Shown here piece after piece: positions 9,314 through 19,507 of a stretch of DNA of 64,000 nt. This DNA comes from an uncultured delta proteobacterium (lineage in GTDB: Bacteria > Desulfobacterota > Zymogenia > Zymogenales > Zymogenaceae): assembly GCA_963735595.1 (NCBI GenBank), contig CAVTLK010000001.1, positions 416,001 through 480,000 on the forward strand, read 5' to 3'. The notes below the pieces were generated by a model. The model saw only the letters and a program-made list of their open reading frames with translations. It had not been told where the DNA came from and searched no databases. Position numbers and translations under genes: made by a program. How positions within the stretch are numbered: position 1 is the first letter of the stretch; each line of letters starts with the position of its first letter.

Positions 9314-11437
9314 ATGAACATACGACGCTTCCTTTTTGCGGCCCTGGCCCTTCCCCTGGCATTACTCGTCGCGCCGGGGCTGTCGATGGCCGACGGGATT
9401 ATCATAATCGACCCGCCGCCGCATCCCCCCAAACCGATCGTACCCCTCGAGGTGAAGTACCACAAGGTAACCGTTGAGATTGAGAACCAGGTCTCCACCA
9501 CCCACATCGACGAGGTCTTCGTCAACCCGAACGACATGGACCTGGAGGGGACATTCATTTTCCCCCTGCCTGAGCGTGCCTCGTTTTCCGACCTTGACAT
9601 GTATATCGACGGAAAGAAGGTCGAGGGGAAGATACTGGACGCCACGGAAGCCCGAAAGACCTACGAGGATATCGTCAGGCGGCTCAAAGACCCGGCCCTT
9701 CTCGAATACGTGAACCGCAACACCTTCAAGCTCCGGGTCTACCCGATTCCCGCCCACGGTGAGAAGCGCGTCGAGATAACCTACACTGAGACCCTCACGT
9801 ACGATTTTTCGACCGTCAGGTACGTGTACCCCCTCAATACGGAGAAGTTCTCGTCGGCCCCCCTGCACGAGGTCTCCCTGGACGTCTTGATCAAGTCGTC
9901 TGCTCCCGTGACCACCGTCTACTCTCCGTCCCACGAGATAGACATCGCCCGTAAGGGAGACCGGGAGGTTAGGCTTTCCTACGAGGATAAAAACGTGCTG
10001 CCCGACCGGGACTTCGTCCTCTACTACACCCTCTCCGATAAGGAGGTGGGCCTCTCCCTGATCACCTACAAAGACCGCCGCGGCCCCGGGTATTTCATGC
10101 TCCTCATTTCCCCCCAGCAGGATATCGACCCGTCGGACGTTGTCCCCAAAGACGTGACGTTCGTGCTGGATACGTCAGGCAGCATGAAGGGGGAAAAGCT
10201 CGTCCAGGCCAAAGACGCCCTGAAATACTGTATCGGGGCCCTCAACACCCGTGACCGCTTTAATATCGTCCGCTTTTCCACCGACACGGAAAAGTTCCGC
10301 TCGGGGCCGGTCTCTCCCGACCGGGCCAACCGGGACGCCGCGTTTGACTTTATCGACGGCTTAGTGGCCCGTGGCGGAACGAACATAAACGACTCATTGA
10401 CCGAGGCGCTGGCCGGCACCCCGGACAGGAATCGTCCCCGCATCGTCGTCTTTATCACCGACGGCGATCCGACCGTCGGGATTACCGACATCGGCTCCAT
10501 CATCAAAAACGTCGCCGCAGCAAACCGAGCGAAGGCCCGGATATTCGTCTTCGGCGTCGGGGAGGATATCAACACGCACCTCCTGGACCGGATATCCTCG
10601 GGCAACCATGGGACGTCGGAATACGTCACGCCGACCGAGAATATCGAATCCGTCGTTTCGGGCTTTTTTACCAAGATCAACGACCCAGCGATGACCAACC
10701 TCGTGTTGAAGTCGAGCCGCGTAAAGCTCAGGGACTACTACCCGGTAACGCTGCCCGACCTCTTTGCAGGCTCCCAGGTCACCGTGGTCGGAACGTACGA
10801 GGGATCCGGGCCCTCTACCATCACCCTTTCAGGGACTACGGGGACACGCGAAACAGTATTTGAATATCCGGTCAACTTCTCCGAGCGCGACGCGAAGAGC
10901 GATTTTCTCCCCCGCGTATGGGCCAACCGGAAGGTGGCCTACCTCCTTGACGAGATCAGGCTGAACGGAGAAAACAAGGAGCTGGTCGACGAGATCAAGG
11001 ACCTGGGCATGACCTTCGGCATCGTAACGCCCTATACGAGCTTCCTGGTGCTGGAAGACAGGGAACAGGGGTTTGAGGCCCCGTCACCGGCGGCCCGGGA
11101 TGACCTCGATATGATGTCGGGAAGCGGGATGCTCAAGGAAGAGCGGGGCGGATTTGCCATGAAGTCATCTGAGGCGGTGAGGGACATGAAGGAAAAGACG
11201 TTCGTGGATACCCCCAAGCTGATGAGCATCAAGCAGGTGGGCGACCGGACGTTCCTGCTGCGCGACAAGACATGGATCGACTCCGCGTACACCGAAGGTA
11301 CACGAACGACCGATCTCTCGTTTGATTCCGACGCATACTGGAAGCTCATCGGCGACCATCCGGATATCGGGAAATTCCTGGCCCTCGGCAACAGCGTGAT
11401 CTTCACCTATGACAGCGTATGGTACCGGGTGAAGTAG
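9314..11437 (+). CDS. secreted VIT and VWA domain protein
   Basis: Signal peptide, VIT domain (FIFPLPERASF...DPALLEY), MIDAS DTSGSM, FITDGDPT, GIVTPYTSFLVLE. Confidence 0.9.
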   Translation: MNIRRFLFAALALPLALLVAPGLSMADGIIIIDPPPHPPKPIVPLEVKYHKVTVEIENQVSTTHIDEVFVNPNDMDLEGTFIFPLPERASFSDLDMYIDGKKVEGKILDATEARKTYEDIVRRLKDPALLEYVNRNTFKLRVYPIPAHGEKRVEITYTETLTYDFSTVRYVYPLNTEKFSSAPLHEVSLDVLIKSSAPVTTVYSPSHEIDIARKGDREVRLSYEDKNVLPDRDFVLYYTLSDKEVGLSLITYKDRRGPGYFMLLISPQQDIDPSDVVPKDVTFVLDTSGSMKGEKLVQAKDALKYCIGALNTRDRFNIVRFSTDTEKFRSGPVSPDRANRDAAFDFIDGLVARGGTNINDSLTEALAGTPDRNRPRIVVFITDGDPTVGITDIGSIIKNVAAANRAKARIFVFGVGEDINTHLLDRISSGNHGTSEYVTPTENIESVVSGFFTKINDPAMTNLVLKSSRVKLRDYYPVTLPDLFAGSQVTVVGTYEGSGPSTITLSGTTGTRETVFEYPVNFSERDAKSDFLPRVWANRKVAYLLDEIRLNGENKELVDEIKDLGMTFGIVTPYTSFLVLEDREQGFEAPSPAARDDLDMMSGSGMLKEERGGFAMKSSEAVRDMKEKTFVDTPKLMSIKQVGDRTFLLRDKTWIDSAYTEGTRTTDLSFDSDAYWKLIGDHPDIGKFLALGNSVIFTYDSVWYRVK

Positions 11438-11451
11438 AATCGCACATCACG

Positions 11452-11486
11452 AAAAAGGCCGGGCTTCGCTTGCCCGGCCTTTTTTT
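11452..11486. terminator. bidirectional Rho-independent terminator
   Basis: AAAAAGGCCGGGC-ttcgctt-GCCCGGCCTTTTTTT between convergent genes. Confidence 0.85.
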
Positions 11487-11502
11487 GTCTCGCAATATCG
11501 AG

Positions 11503-11940
11503 CTATCGCATCATGAAGACGACCTTTTTCAAAATGCGGTAGATTTCCTCTTTTTCCGGAATCGGCAGCTCTTTTAGCTCCTCGAAGAGCTTCGTGCGGC
11601 ATCCCAACGGCACCGCCTTGATGATCTGCTCTCCCCTGGTTGTCAGGGAAACAATAACCCGGCGGGAGTCGGCGGGGTCCTTCGTTTTCAGCAGGAATCC
11701 CTTGGTACTCAGCCGGTTGGCATACCCCTCGACGGTGGTGATATGAAGCCGCGTGAGCGTGGCAAGCTCGCCGAGGGAAGTTTCCGGGTTCTCCCTGACC
11801 GCCCGCAGGATTTCCAGCTGCGGGGCGGTTACAGAGTAGCCGTCTTCCAGCAGTTTCCTTGTGTACGATTTCTCGATGGCGTCAAAATCGTCCAGAAGCC
11901 GGGAAATCAGATAGTAGACGTTCTCTTCACTGATATCCAT
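11503..11940 (-). CDS. MarR family transcriptional regulator
   Basis: wHTH with DPADSRRVIVSLTTRG. Confidence 0.88.
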   Translation of the reverse strand: MDISEENVYYLISRLLDDFDAIEKSYTRKLLEDGYSVTAPQLEILRAVRENPETSLGELATLTRLHITTVEGYANRLSTKGFLLKTKDPADSRRVIVSLTTRGEQIIKAVPLGCRTKLFEELKELPIPEKEEIYRILKKVVFMMR

Positions 11941-12037
11941 GGTTTATCACGTTCGTCGCTGTCCGCACCGGTCGATAGCTATACATAAAATGAGACCGCC
12001 GTGCGACTAATGGGTGTTCATTCTCGGGCAAAACGCC

Positions 12038-12523
12038 TTACAGCTGTTTGATATACTCCATCAGATCGACCATTTCCTGTCGAGGCACGTCAAATCGCGG
12101 CATCTCGTTAGAAAGCGCCGTGCCGCCGGGGCGCTCACCCCATTTGACCAATCCGGTAAATTTCTCGACCGACGTCTCAACGATCGGCCCTTTGACGGAC
12201 CGCCTGATATTCGGCGGTACAGTGGTCAGCCCCTTAACCGGTTCTCCACCGCGGCCGTTTTGCCCGTGGCATACCGCACACCCCCCGCCCTCTGTCACGT
12301 ACCAGCTCGGCCCACCCGATATCGGGATCATTGTGCCGGCGAGATCCATCCCCTTCTCGTAGATCGACCCGCCGTTGACGAGATCGGGCTCCCCTCCCCT
12401 TGGGTCCAGCGCATTTCGTGCCTCCCTGTTGATACCACACATCTGGATAGAAAGATAGGCAAGCATCCCAATGAGAATTACGAGCAGTACAACGAGATAG
12501 ACCATAAGTCTTCGGGATTCCAT
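12038..12523 (-). CDS. membrane-anchored monoheme cytochrome c
   Basis: N-terminal TM helix, CAVCH, candidate distal Met in EMPRF. Confidence 0.8.
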   Translation of the reverse strand: MESRRLMVYLVVLLVILIGMLAYLSIQMCGINREARNALDPRGGEPDLVNGGSIYEKGMDLAGTMIPISGGPSWYVTEGGGCAVCHGQNGRGGEPVKGLTTVPPNIRRSVKGPIVETSVEKFTGLVKWGERPGGTALSNEMPRFDVPRQEMVDLMEYIKQL

Positions 12524-12525
12524 GT

Positions 12526-13335
12526 TCAGGGCTCCTCGACCAAAAACGTCCGTTGCACGATTTCAAGGAGGACCGGGTGTATCCTTACCGGCGCCGCAAT
12601 GACGCCGCCGCCGTTCAGGTAGTTATCCGTGCTGGAAAAATCCGTCACGATCCCCCCCGCCTCGGTTACAATCAGCGATCCAGCCGCCATATCCCATATC
12701 GAGAGCTTCGGCTCCCAGAAACCGTCGGCCCGGCCCGCCGCCGTATAACAGAAATCCAGCGCCGCCGACCCGAGGCGCCTGATCCCCGCGCAAATACCGA
12801 ATATTTCTCTGAAGCCCGCCAGGTACGGTTCCAGTTGACGCCGGACCTGGTGAGGAAAGCCGGTTATGACAATCGATCGCGAAAGCTCGGACACGCCATT
12901 GACCCGTATCGGACGGTCGTTGAGGAAGGCGCCGCCGCCCTTGACCGCCGAAAACAGCTCGTTTCTCGTCGGGTCAAAGACGACCCCGACCTCCACGGCA
13001 CCGTTACGCATGTAGGCAATCGAGACCGAAAAAATGGGCAGAGATGACATGTAGTTTATCGTGCCGTCCAGCGGATCGACCACCCAGAGGGACTCCTTGC
13101 TGCCGGACAGGAGACCGCCCTCCTCCGCCAGAAACGAGTGATCGGGATGCCGCGAAAGGACAATCCCGCGTATCGTATCTTCCGAGTCCCGATCGACCTG
13201 GGTCACATAGTCCATTTCTCCTTTTCCCGTAATACCGCCCGGCCGTCCGGCATTCATACGGGAAACAAGGAGATTTCCGGCCTCCCGCGCCGCGTAAACG
13301 GCGGTCTCAAGGATATTCTTCGTATCAATCGCCAT
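12526..13335 (-). CDS. suhB: inositol monophosphatase family protein
   Basis: LAEE, WVVDPLDGTINY, RRLGSAALD, WDMAAG. Confidence 0.88.
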   Translation of the reverse strand: MAIDTKNILETAVYAAREAGNLLVSRMNAGRPGGITGKGEMDYVTQVDRDSEDTIRGIVLSRHPDHSFLAEEGGLLSGSKESLWVVDPLDGTINYMSSLPIFSVSIAYMRNGAVEVGVVFDPTRNELFSAVKGGGAFLNDRPIRVNGVSELSRSIVITGFPHQVRRQLEPYLAGFREIFGICAGIRRLGSAALDFCYTAAGRADGFWEPKLSIWDMAAGSLIVTEAGGIVTDFSSTDNYLNGGGVIAAPVRIHPVLLEIVQRTFLVEEP

Positions 13336-13449
13336 ACTCTCGTCCAAATGTCTCTCTTATCCTACCATAGTATCGGTTCGGAGCAAAGCACGATTCTTTT
13401 TCTTGTAATTGACCGCGTGTACGGTATAATACGCACGAGGAGGTATTCC

Positions 13450-13746
13450 ATGAAAAAGATCATCGATCATATCGACGAGAAGACTGCTGCTGTCCTCGCG
13501 GGCCTGAAAGAGGAATTTACCGCCGCGGATTACGTCGCGGCGTTTCGCGAAAAATATGCGTCGGACTGGAAGCGGCTGGAAGAGCGGCTCTCCGCCGATG
13601 AGAAGAGCGCCGCGTTCAGCGAATGGAAACGGGGGCCGATGCCGACCCCCGAAAAATATCTTGCCAATGCCCTCAAGGATTTCGCAAAGAAAAACGAAAA
13701 GTCCCTCCACAAGGTTTCAAACGACCATTTCAAGAAGAAATCGTAA
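13450..13746 (+). CDS. small basic hypothetical protein
   Basis: Strong SD AGGAGG, TATAAT upstream, 98-aa Lys/Glu-rich ORF (MKKIIDHIDEKT...). Confidence 0.7.
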   Translation: MKKIIDHIDEKTAAVLAGLKEEFTAADYVAAFREKYASDWKRLEERLSADEKSAAFSEWKRGPMPTPEKYLANALKDFAKKNEKSLHKVSNDHFKKKS

Positions 13747-13790
13747 CGCCGGCCGCCCAACCGTAAGGACATCGCTACCCGTGTTTGTCC

Positions 13791-14974
13791 CTACACGATA
13801 ATTCCGTTGCCGCGAAGCCGCTCTATTTCTTCCTGAGACATGCCGATCATCGAGAGGATCTCGTCGTTATGCTGGCCCATGATCGGCGGCGGCGCGATAT
13901 CCGTCGCCTTGGTCTCGGAAAACTTGATCGGCACCCCGATCGCCTTGAGGATGCCCTCGGTCGGATGATCCATCTGGACGATCATCCCGCGGGCGATCGC
14001 GTGAGGATCGTGCTCAACCTCCTCGATCGAAAGCACCGCGTCGCACATGGACTCCTCCCCGCGGAGAAGGTCCACCCATTCCTGCATCGTCCTGCTTGCG
14101 AAAAGTCCGGCGACCTCCCCGCGGAGCTGCTCATATTCCTTCCCGGTAACGAACTGCTTGTCGGTCCATTCAGGCTTTTCAACCAGCTCGCAGAAACGCT
14201 TCCAGAACTTGAACTCTAACGCGCCCATCGTTATATATCGATCGTCTTTTGTGCGGTATATGTCATAGCATACCAGCGCACCCGGAGAGAAAGGTATTAC
14301 CGCGGTCAGGCAGCCCGCCCCCCGCCTTGTAGTTGGCAAAGATCATCCCCATAAACGGGAGGATCCCGTCGAACATCGAGACGTCTACGTCCTGGCCCTT
14401 GCCGGTGCTCGTGCGCGCGACGAGGGCCGAAAGTACGCCGATGACCGACATCAGCCCTCCACCCGGCCACGTCGGCTACCTGGATGCCCGGAACGACGGG
14501 GGCCCCGTTTTTCGGGCCAATGATGTCGGTGATTCCGGCAAGCCCCATATAGTTGAGGTCGTGACCGGGGAGATCGGCGTAGGGACCGGTCTGTCCGAAT
14601 CCGGTTATGGAGCAGTAGATGACGCGCGGATTGACCTTCTTGGCCTTTTCGTACCCCAGTCCCATCTTCGCGAGGACCCCGGGACGGTACTGCTCGACGA
14701 CGACGTCCGATTTTTCGACGAGCCGAAAGAAGATCTCCTTTCCCCTGTCCGACCGCAGGTCAAGCGCTAAGCTCTTCTTGTTGCGGTTGACCGCGATGTA
14801 GCCCGCGCCTTCCTTGTTGAAGGTCGGCGGGAAAAACCGAATGTAGTCGGGAGAGTTCTTGTCCTCTACCTTGATGACCTCCGCGCCGAGGTCACCCAGA
14901 AGCTGTGTCCCGAATGGACCGGGATACAGCCTGGTGAGATCGATAATCCGTACGCCTGAAAGCGGCCCAGCCAT
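13791..14974 (-). CDS. CaiB/BaiF family III CoA-transferase (frameshifts near 14460 and 14310)
   Basis: IDLTRLYPGPFG, LGAEVIKVE, NRNKKSLALDL, GHDLNY, GALEFKFW, PIMGQHNDEIL. Confidence 0.88.
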
Positions 14975-14983
14975 CTGTGCCTC

Positions 14984-15610
14984 CTATTGGGTGATGAGGT
15001 TTTCTCGTATACGACCGATTTGATCCGAAGGAATGCCGAGTATCTTCGTAGTATAGTAATCCATTCCACCGTATTCGTCAAAATACCGCACGATGATCTC
15101 ACCCCACTCCCGCTTGAGCAAGGCATGGTGCTCGTTGGAAAGCAGGTAATCAGAAACGACATCGGGGCCCGACACGCCCAGCGTAAGCAGGATTAACTGT
15201 GCGGCGACATCGACCTCGTTGACACCGTCCTCGTCAAAGATGACCATCGGCAGGTTCCCTTTATCGGCAAGGAGCGACAGCAGGCCGATGAGGCTCTCCC
15301 TGCTGTTGACGATCATCCGTTTGTAGTAGTCATTCCTATCCTTGAGGGGGTCTGCCCGCATCGGAAGCCGCCTCACCTCAATGGCGCCGCCGGAAAGCTC
15401 CTCGATGCGGGAGGGATCACCCCCCTCTACCCTCAGGTCAACGACGGTCACGATACCCAGCCGCTTAAGGTCCTCGGCACCTTCTTTCGAGATTTTCGAA
15501 AGGTCGTCTGAGCGGAAGAGGACGCCGCTCTTCACGATACCATCGGCCGCCGGGTATCCCCCCATATCACGGAAGGTGGGAATCCCGTTTCACCTCGATC
15601 CATCTTCCAT
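14984..15610 (-). CDS. tyrosine-phosphatase-family (Y_phosphatase3-like) protein lacking the catalytic CX5R
   Basis: FRDMGGY, LFRSDDLS, VVDLR, LGVSGPDVVSDYLLSN. The P-loop position reads FDEDGVNEVD. Confidence 0.75.
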
Positions 15611-15744
15611 CCTGCGCCGCGGCCGGGTATACCGGGACTATAAATAGTATCAAGGCGACCAACAGCGTTCCTAAAAGAAGCGGGACGGATAGGCCTGCGG
15701 CTCCCGTATCCCACCGGCGGTTTTATTGAAGAGATAGTCCTGAC

Positions 15745-16888
15745 CGTTACCATTGTAGAGTTCTCCTTGACGATTCGCTTGAGCGCATCTTGTTTTTGTT
15801 CCATTTCCGCCAGGAGCCGAAACTGGGTCCGCGCCCGGTCAAGGTTATGATCGGGCCTGTCGGTCCTGAAATAGACGTCTCCCGACAGATAGTCCGTCAG
15901 GAATCTCACTCCCGTCTCCAACGTAATGACCAGGCATGCCGTTACCAGGAGCTCGCGCTCCGATTGTGAGAGCGATAGCCCCCTTCCGCCGCGATCGCCC
16001 CAAAAAACCGTTCGCGATCGCCTCGAAGATCTCCAGATCGACGTGAACGGCGTCCAGATTTGTTTCGTCTTCCGGGCTGCGGCAGACGGAGCTTCTCACC
16101 AGATCGCCGAAGTCAAAGAGCGGCGATCCCGGCATGACCGTGTCCAGATCGATAACGCACAGTGCCCGCGGATTCCCGGCCCGATTATCGGTGAAGACGA
16201 CGTTATTTATCTTCGTATCGTTGTGGGCTATCCTCAACGGGATATCGACCCCTGTTGAGGGGACCGGTGATTCCGCCGCACCGGTCCTCCCGGCCGAACG
16301 CCGAATCGATCTCCCGGGCAGCATCGTGCGCCCTCCCGCGTGGGTCACCGGTAACGGCCTCACGCAGCCGAAGAAAACGGGCGGGAGTATTATGGAAATC
16401 CTCGATGGTGACGTGGAAGCTATCCGCTTCCATTTCCTTGAGATGATCGGCAAAGCGCCGAAAGCGCCGGCCGCCTCCCGCGCAACCAATAATCCTGTCC
16501 TGCCATCCGGCACCCGGCTGTACGTGATTCCTTCGACGTAATGATAGCATCGCCAATACGCCCCATCGTTGTCCCGATGGTATGAGTCCCCTCTTCTGGT
16601 CGGCACGAGCATGAGCGCCGGAACGTCTCTACTAACCGCCTTTCCCCCGGTCCTTTGCCCGATCGCCCCGGTGATCAGCCCGATATTGTGCATGATAAGA
16701 TCCGGACGGGTGAAAACCGCGCCGTTGATACGCTGCAGGGTGTATCGTTTACTCCCTGCACCTGCCCTGATCGCGGCAATAAAGGTGTCGTTGATATGCC
16801 CGGCCTTACACGGGCTGACGTCGGCGACGTCGCCGCCGAGATCGAACCGGTCCAGGATAGTATGGAGCTGCTGGATCGTTTGATTCAT
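15745..16888 (-). CDS. aminoglycoside phosphotransferase family kinase (N-acetylhexosamine 1-kinase-like), multiple frameshifts, 3' end approximate
   Basis: GHINDTF, LQRINGAVF, HNDTKINN, IDLDTVMPG, DFGDLVRS, RFLTDYLSGDVYF...HNLDRARTQ. Confidence 0.8.
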
Positions 16889-17778
16889 CCGGTAAGCTGC
16901 TGAGGATATATCCCTGCCGCTATCATCCGGGATATCTCGGCCGTTACCACCTGCCTGTCCTCGGGATGGGTCATACCGAACCACCGGTCGGCCGTATTGA
17001 TCACCTTAACCCGGATAATCCCCTTGGTGATAAGGGTCTTGACTACCTCCGGGATCAGGAACTCGGCCTTCGGATCGTCTTTAACGCTGTCACGAAACGA
17101 CCGGTAGAGGCCTTCCAAGTGCTCAAAGAGACTCGGCGAGAAGCCCCAGATGTTCATGGAGATGAACGATTCGGGGCTCAGCTCAGCGAACCGGTTGTCT
17201 CGATCCGTCCCGATGCGCCCGTCCCTGATCTCGATACCGCTCGTTTCTGCGATATCGGTGAGCCAGCCGTTGGAAACCGCGCAGACGCCCCTGGTTACCG
17301 CCCCGTGCGGGCTCACGGTGTTTTTAAGGCGATATCCGATCATGGCGAAGTTCTTATCGTTATAGTCGTCGGAGACCAGAAACGAATGGAGCGACTCAAT
17401 AGCGTTCCTGCCGTAGTAGTCGTCGGCATTCACGACGCCGAAGGGAACTTCGATATAGTCCCTCGTTGCCAGAACCGCGTGTCCCGTCCCCCAGGGCTTT
17501 TTTCGACCGTTCGGAAGGTCGGTCAAGTCCTGGTGTGCGTAGGCAGGGGTGAGTCCGGCGGGCATATGGCGGCCGATTCGATCGACGAACTCCGACTCGA
17601 AGTCCTTCCTGATGACGAATACCACCCGTGAGAATCCCGCGCGGGCTGCGTCATACAGGGTGTAATGAATCAGCAGCTCCCCGTTCGGCCCCACGGGGTC
17701 AAGCTGCTTGAGGCCGCCGTATCGGGTCCCCATTCCCGCCGCCATGATTACGATTGCCGTCTGGACGTCCTTGTTCAT
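16885..17778 (-). CDS. sugar-phosphate nucleotidyltransferase
   Basis: MAAGMGTRYGGLKQ, KPWGTGHAV, NADDYYG, SMNIWGF. Confidence 0.88.
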   Translation of the reverse strand: MNKDVQTAIVIMAAGMGTRYGGLKQLDPVGPNGELLIHYTLYDAARAGFSRVVFVIRKDFESEFVDRIGRHMPAGLTPAYAHQDLTDLPNGRKKPWGTGHAVLATRDYIEVPFGVVNADDYYGRNAIESLHSFLVSDDYNDKNFAMIGYRLKNTVSPHGAVTRGVCAVSNGWLTDIAETSGIEIRDGRIGTDRDNRFAELSPESFISMNIWGFSPSLFEHLEGLYRSFRDSVKDDPKAEFLIPEVVKTLITKGIIRVKVINTADRWFGMTHPEDRQVVTAEISRMIAAGIYPQQLTG

Positions 17779-17845
17779 ATTTCATACACCGTATAGTAAG
17801 CTATCTATATAACCCAACCCGCCTTTGGAGGTCAAGGGGAATCCA

Positions 17846-18715
17846 TTATTTGAGGAACAATCCCACGGCAGCCGCTATTATTATCACCGTTATGATTCGC
17901 ATCAGAGCCACCTGGTTTATCGTATGGACTTTAGCGGCCGCCCACCTGGCGGCAAACGACCCGGACAGGGCCATGATGCCGCCGGCAACGTAATTCACGT
18001 ATCCTACGGAATGCGGAATATGTTCCGAAGCCGAGAGGCCCGCAATCGTCTGAACAATCACGCCCACGATGGTACAGACGGTCATGAGGCACGTGGAGTA
18101 GCAGATGGCCTCGATCATCGTAAAACGGACGAGGATTATCCCGATGGGAATCGTTATTGCTCCGCCGCCTATCCCGAAGAAGGTCGCCACGAATCCCGAG
18201 AAAAACCCGATAACACCACAGAAGAACATTCTCTTCGGTGGATACTGTCGCTCGTCGATCGGGCACTCTATTGTACCCTCCGGTTTCGAGTCTTTCAGAT
18301 CGCCGCTCTTGCCCGAGCGAGCGGTGCGCATGAACCGCAGAGCCGTCACAATCAGGAACGTGCCGAGGAGCTTCTTGAAGAGGGGACTTGCCGTCATTGC
18401 GGACATCGTACCCCCCGCAACCGCGCCTAGGATTCCCGAGATCACCATGATGACAAGGATACGGTGATTGATAATGTCTTTTTTTAGATGAACCAGTGAG
18501 CTTGACGCGGCATTGAAGATGATAACGAAGAGGCTTGTTCCCACCGCCGTGTGTACGGAGGCGTTTTCGGGATAGCCGAGGAGCGCAAAGACATAGATGA
18601 GGATTGGTACGGTGATAACGCCTCCCCCTCCCCCCAGAAAACCGGTACTCATACCGGCGGCGACGCCGACAACCAGGTAGAGGGCGAGCAGGCCCAGGAA
18701 AGCAATGTCAAGCAT
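17846..18715 (-). CDS. TauE/SafE family (TSUP) transporter
   Basis: Duplicated GFLGGGGG/TFFGIGGG motifs, AVGTSL, about 8 TM helices. Confidence 0.85.
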   Translation of the reverse strand: MLDIAFLGLLALYLVVGVAAGMSTGFLGGGGGVITVPILIYVFALLGYPENASVHTAVGTSLFVIIFNAASSSLVHLKKDIINHRILVIMVISGILGAVAGGTMSAMTASPLFKKLLGTFLIVTALRFMRTARSGKSGDLKDSKPEGTIECPIDERQYPPKRMFFCGVIGFFSGFVATFFGIGGGAITIPIGIILVRFTMIEAICYSTCLMTVCTIVGVIVQTIAGLSASEHIPHSVGYVNYVAGGIMALSGSFAARWAAAKVHTINQVALMRIITVIIIAAAVGLFLK

Positions 18716-18883
18716 GATATGTGGATATGTATTGGAACGGCCACAGAATCCTGCGGCCGCTCTCGCGTATAGAAACCCCCGCATCGGACAGACAACGGTT
18801 ATCCCGCACGACGTCCGGTTCTCAATGCACCGGACTATGGGCCCGCCGACGCGGGCCTAAGACCGCCTTCCGCCCGATACGCG

Positions 18884-19414
18884 CTAAAAGGCCTTTGACT
18901 CCGACACAAACTCCAGTATCTCGTCCTTCATCTCGGAGAAAAACTTTTCCTTGATCCGTTCCTTGGAAGGGAAGTACTTAGTCGTTTTCAGGACACCCTT
19001 CTTAGAGGTTATCTCGTCGAGCGTCCGGTTGTCGACAAAGGACGCGGTGTAGGACATGGAAGCTGCGTCCCTGACCAGCCCCAAGGTGCCGCGGGCCACC
19101 AGGCGCTCGTTTCTGCGTACCAGCACGAGATCATCGACCGTAACCGTAAGGAACATGTCGGCCCGGTCCGGGGAAGTTGCAATACTAAAGCCCATACCGT
19201 GCAGGCGAGATTGAAGGTCCTCGACAACGCTGATCTTTTCGTCGTTGGTGATCAACAGGATCGGATCATAGACCATGTCGATAAAAACGCTCTTGTATTT
19301 CTCCGGCGAAACCGGCGGCGGTACATAGGCCTGCGGGCCGGATTTGCAGCTCGGCAGGCTGACTGCAATTAAAAGAGCCGATATAACCGATATGAGAACA
19401 CTGATCTTCTTCAT
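18884..19414 (-). CDS. putative lipoprotein
   Basis: Signal MKKISVLISVISALLIAVSLPSC. Confidence 0.65.
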   Translation of the reverse strand: MKKISVLISVISALLIAVSLPSCKSGPQAYVPPPVSPEKYKSVFIDMVYDPILLITNDEKISVVEDLQSRLHGMGFSIATSPDRADMFLTVTVDDLVLVRRNERLVARGTLGLVRDAASMSYTASFVDNRTLDEITSKKGVLKTTKYFPSKERIKEKFFSEMKDEILEFVSESKAF

Positions 19415-19507
19415 TACCCCCCCGTAACGGATGATTCCCTGCGTAAAATGTTCAAAAGATGGTGCGATTACCCGTATACCCGTAGCGGAAAAACCGCTCT
19501 CCTCGCC

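Noticed and set aside
15590..15592. In-frame TGA in the phosphatase-like N-terminus (possible selenocysteine)
   Set aside because: Two compensating indels restore MERWIEVNGIPTFRD. It is not a Cys-homologous position and I see no evident SECIS.
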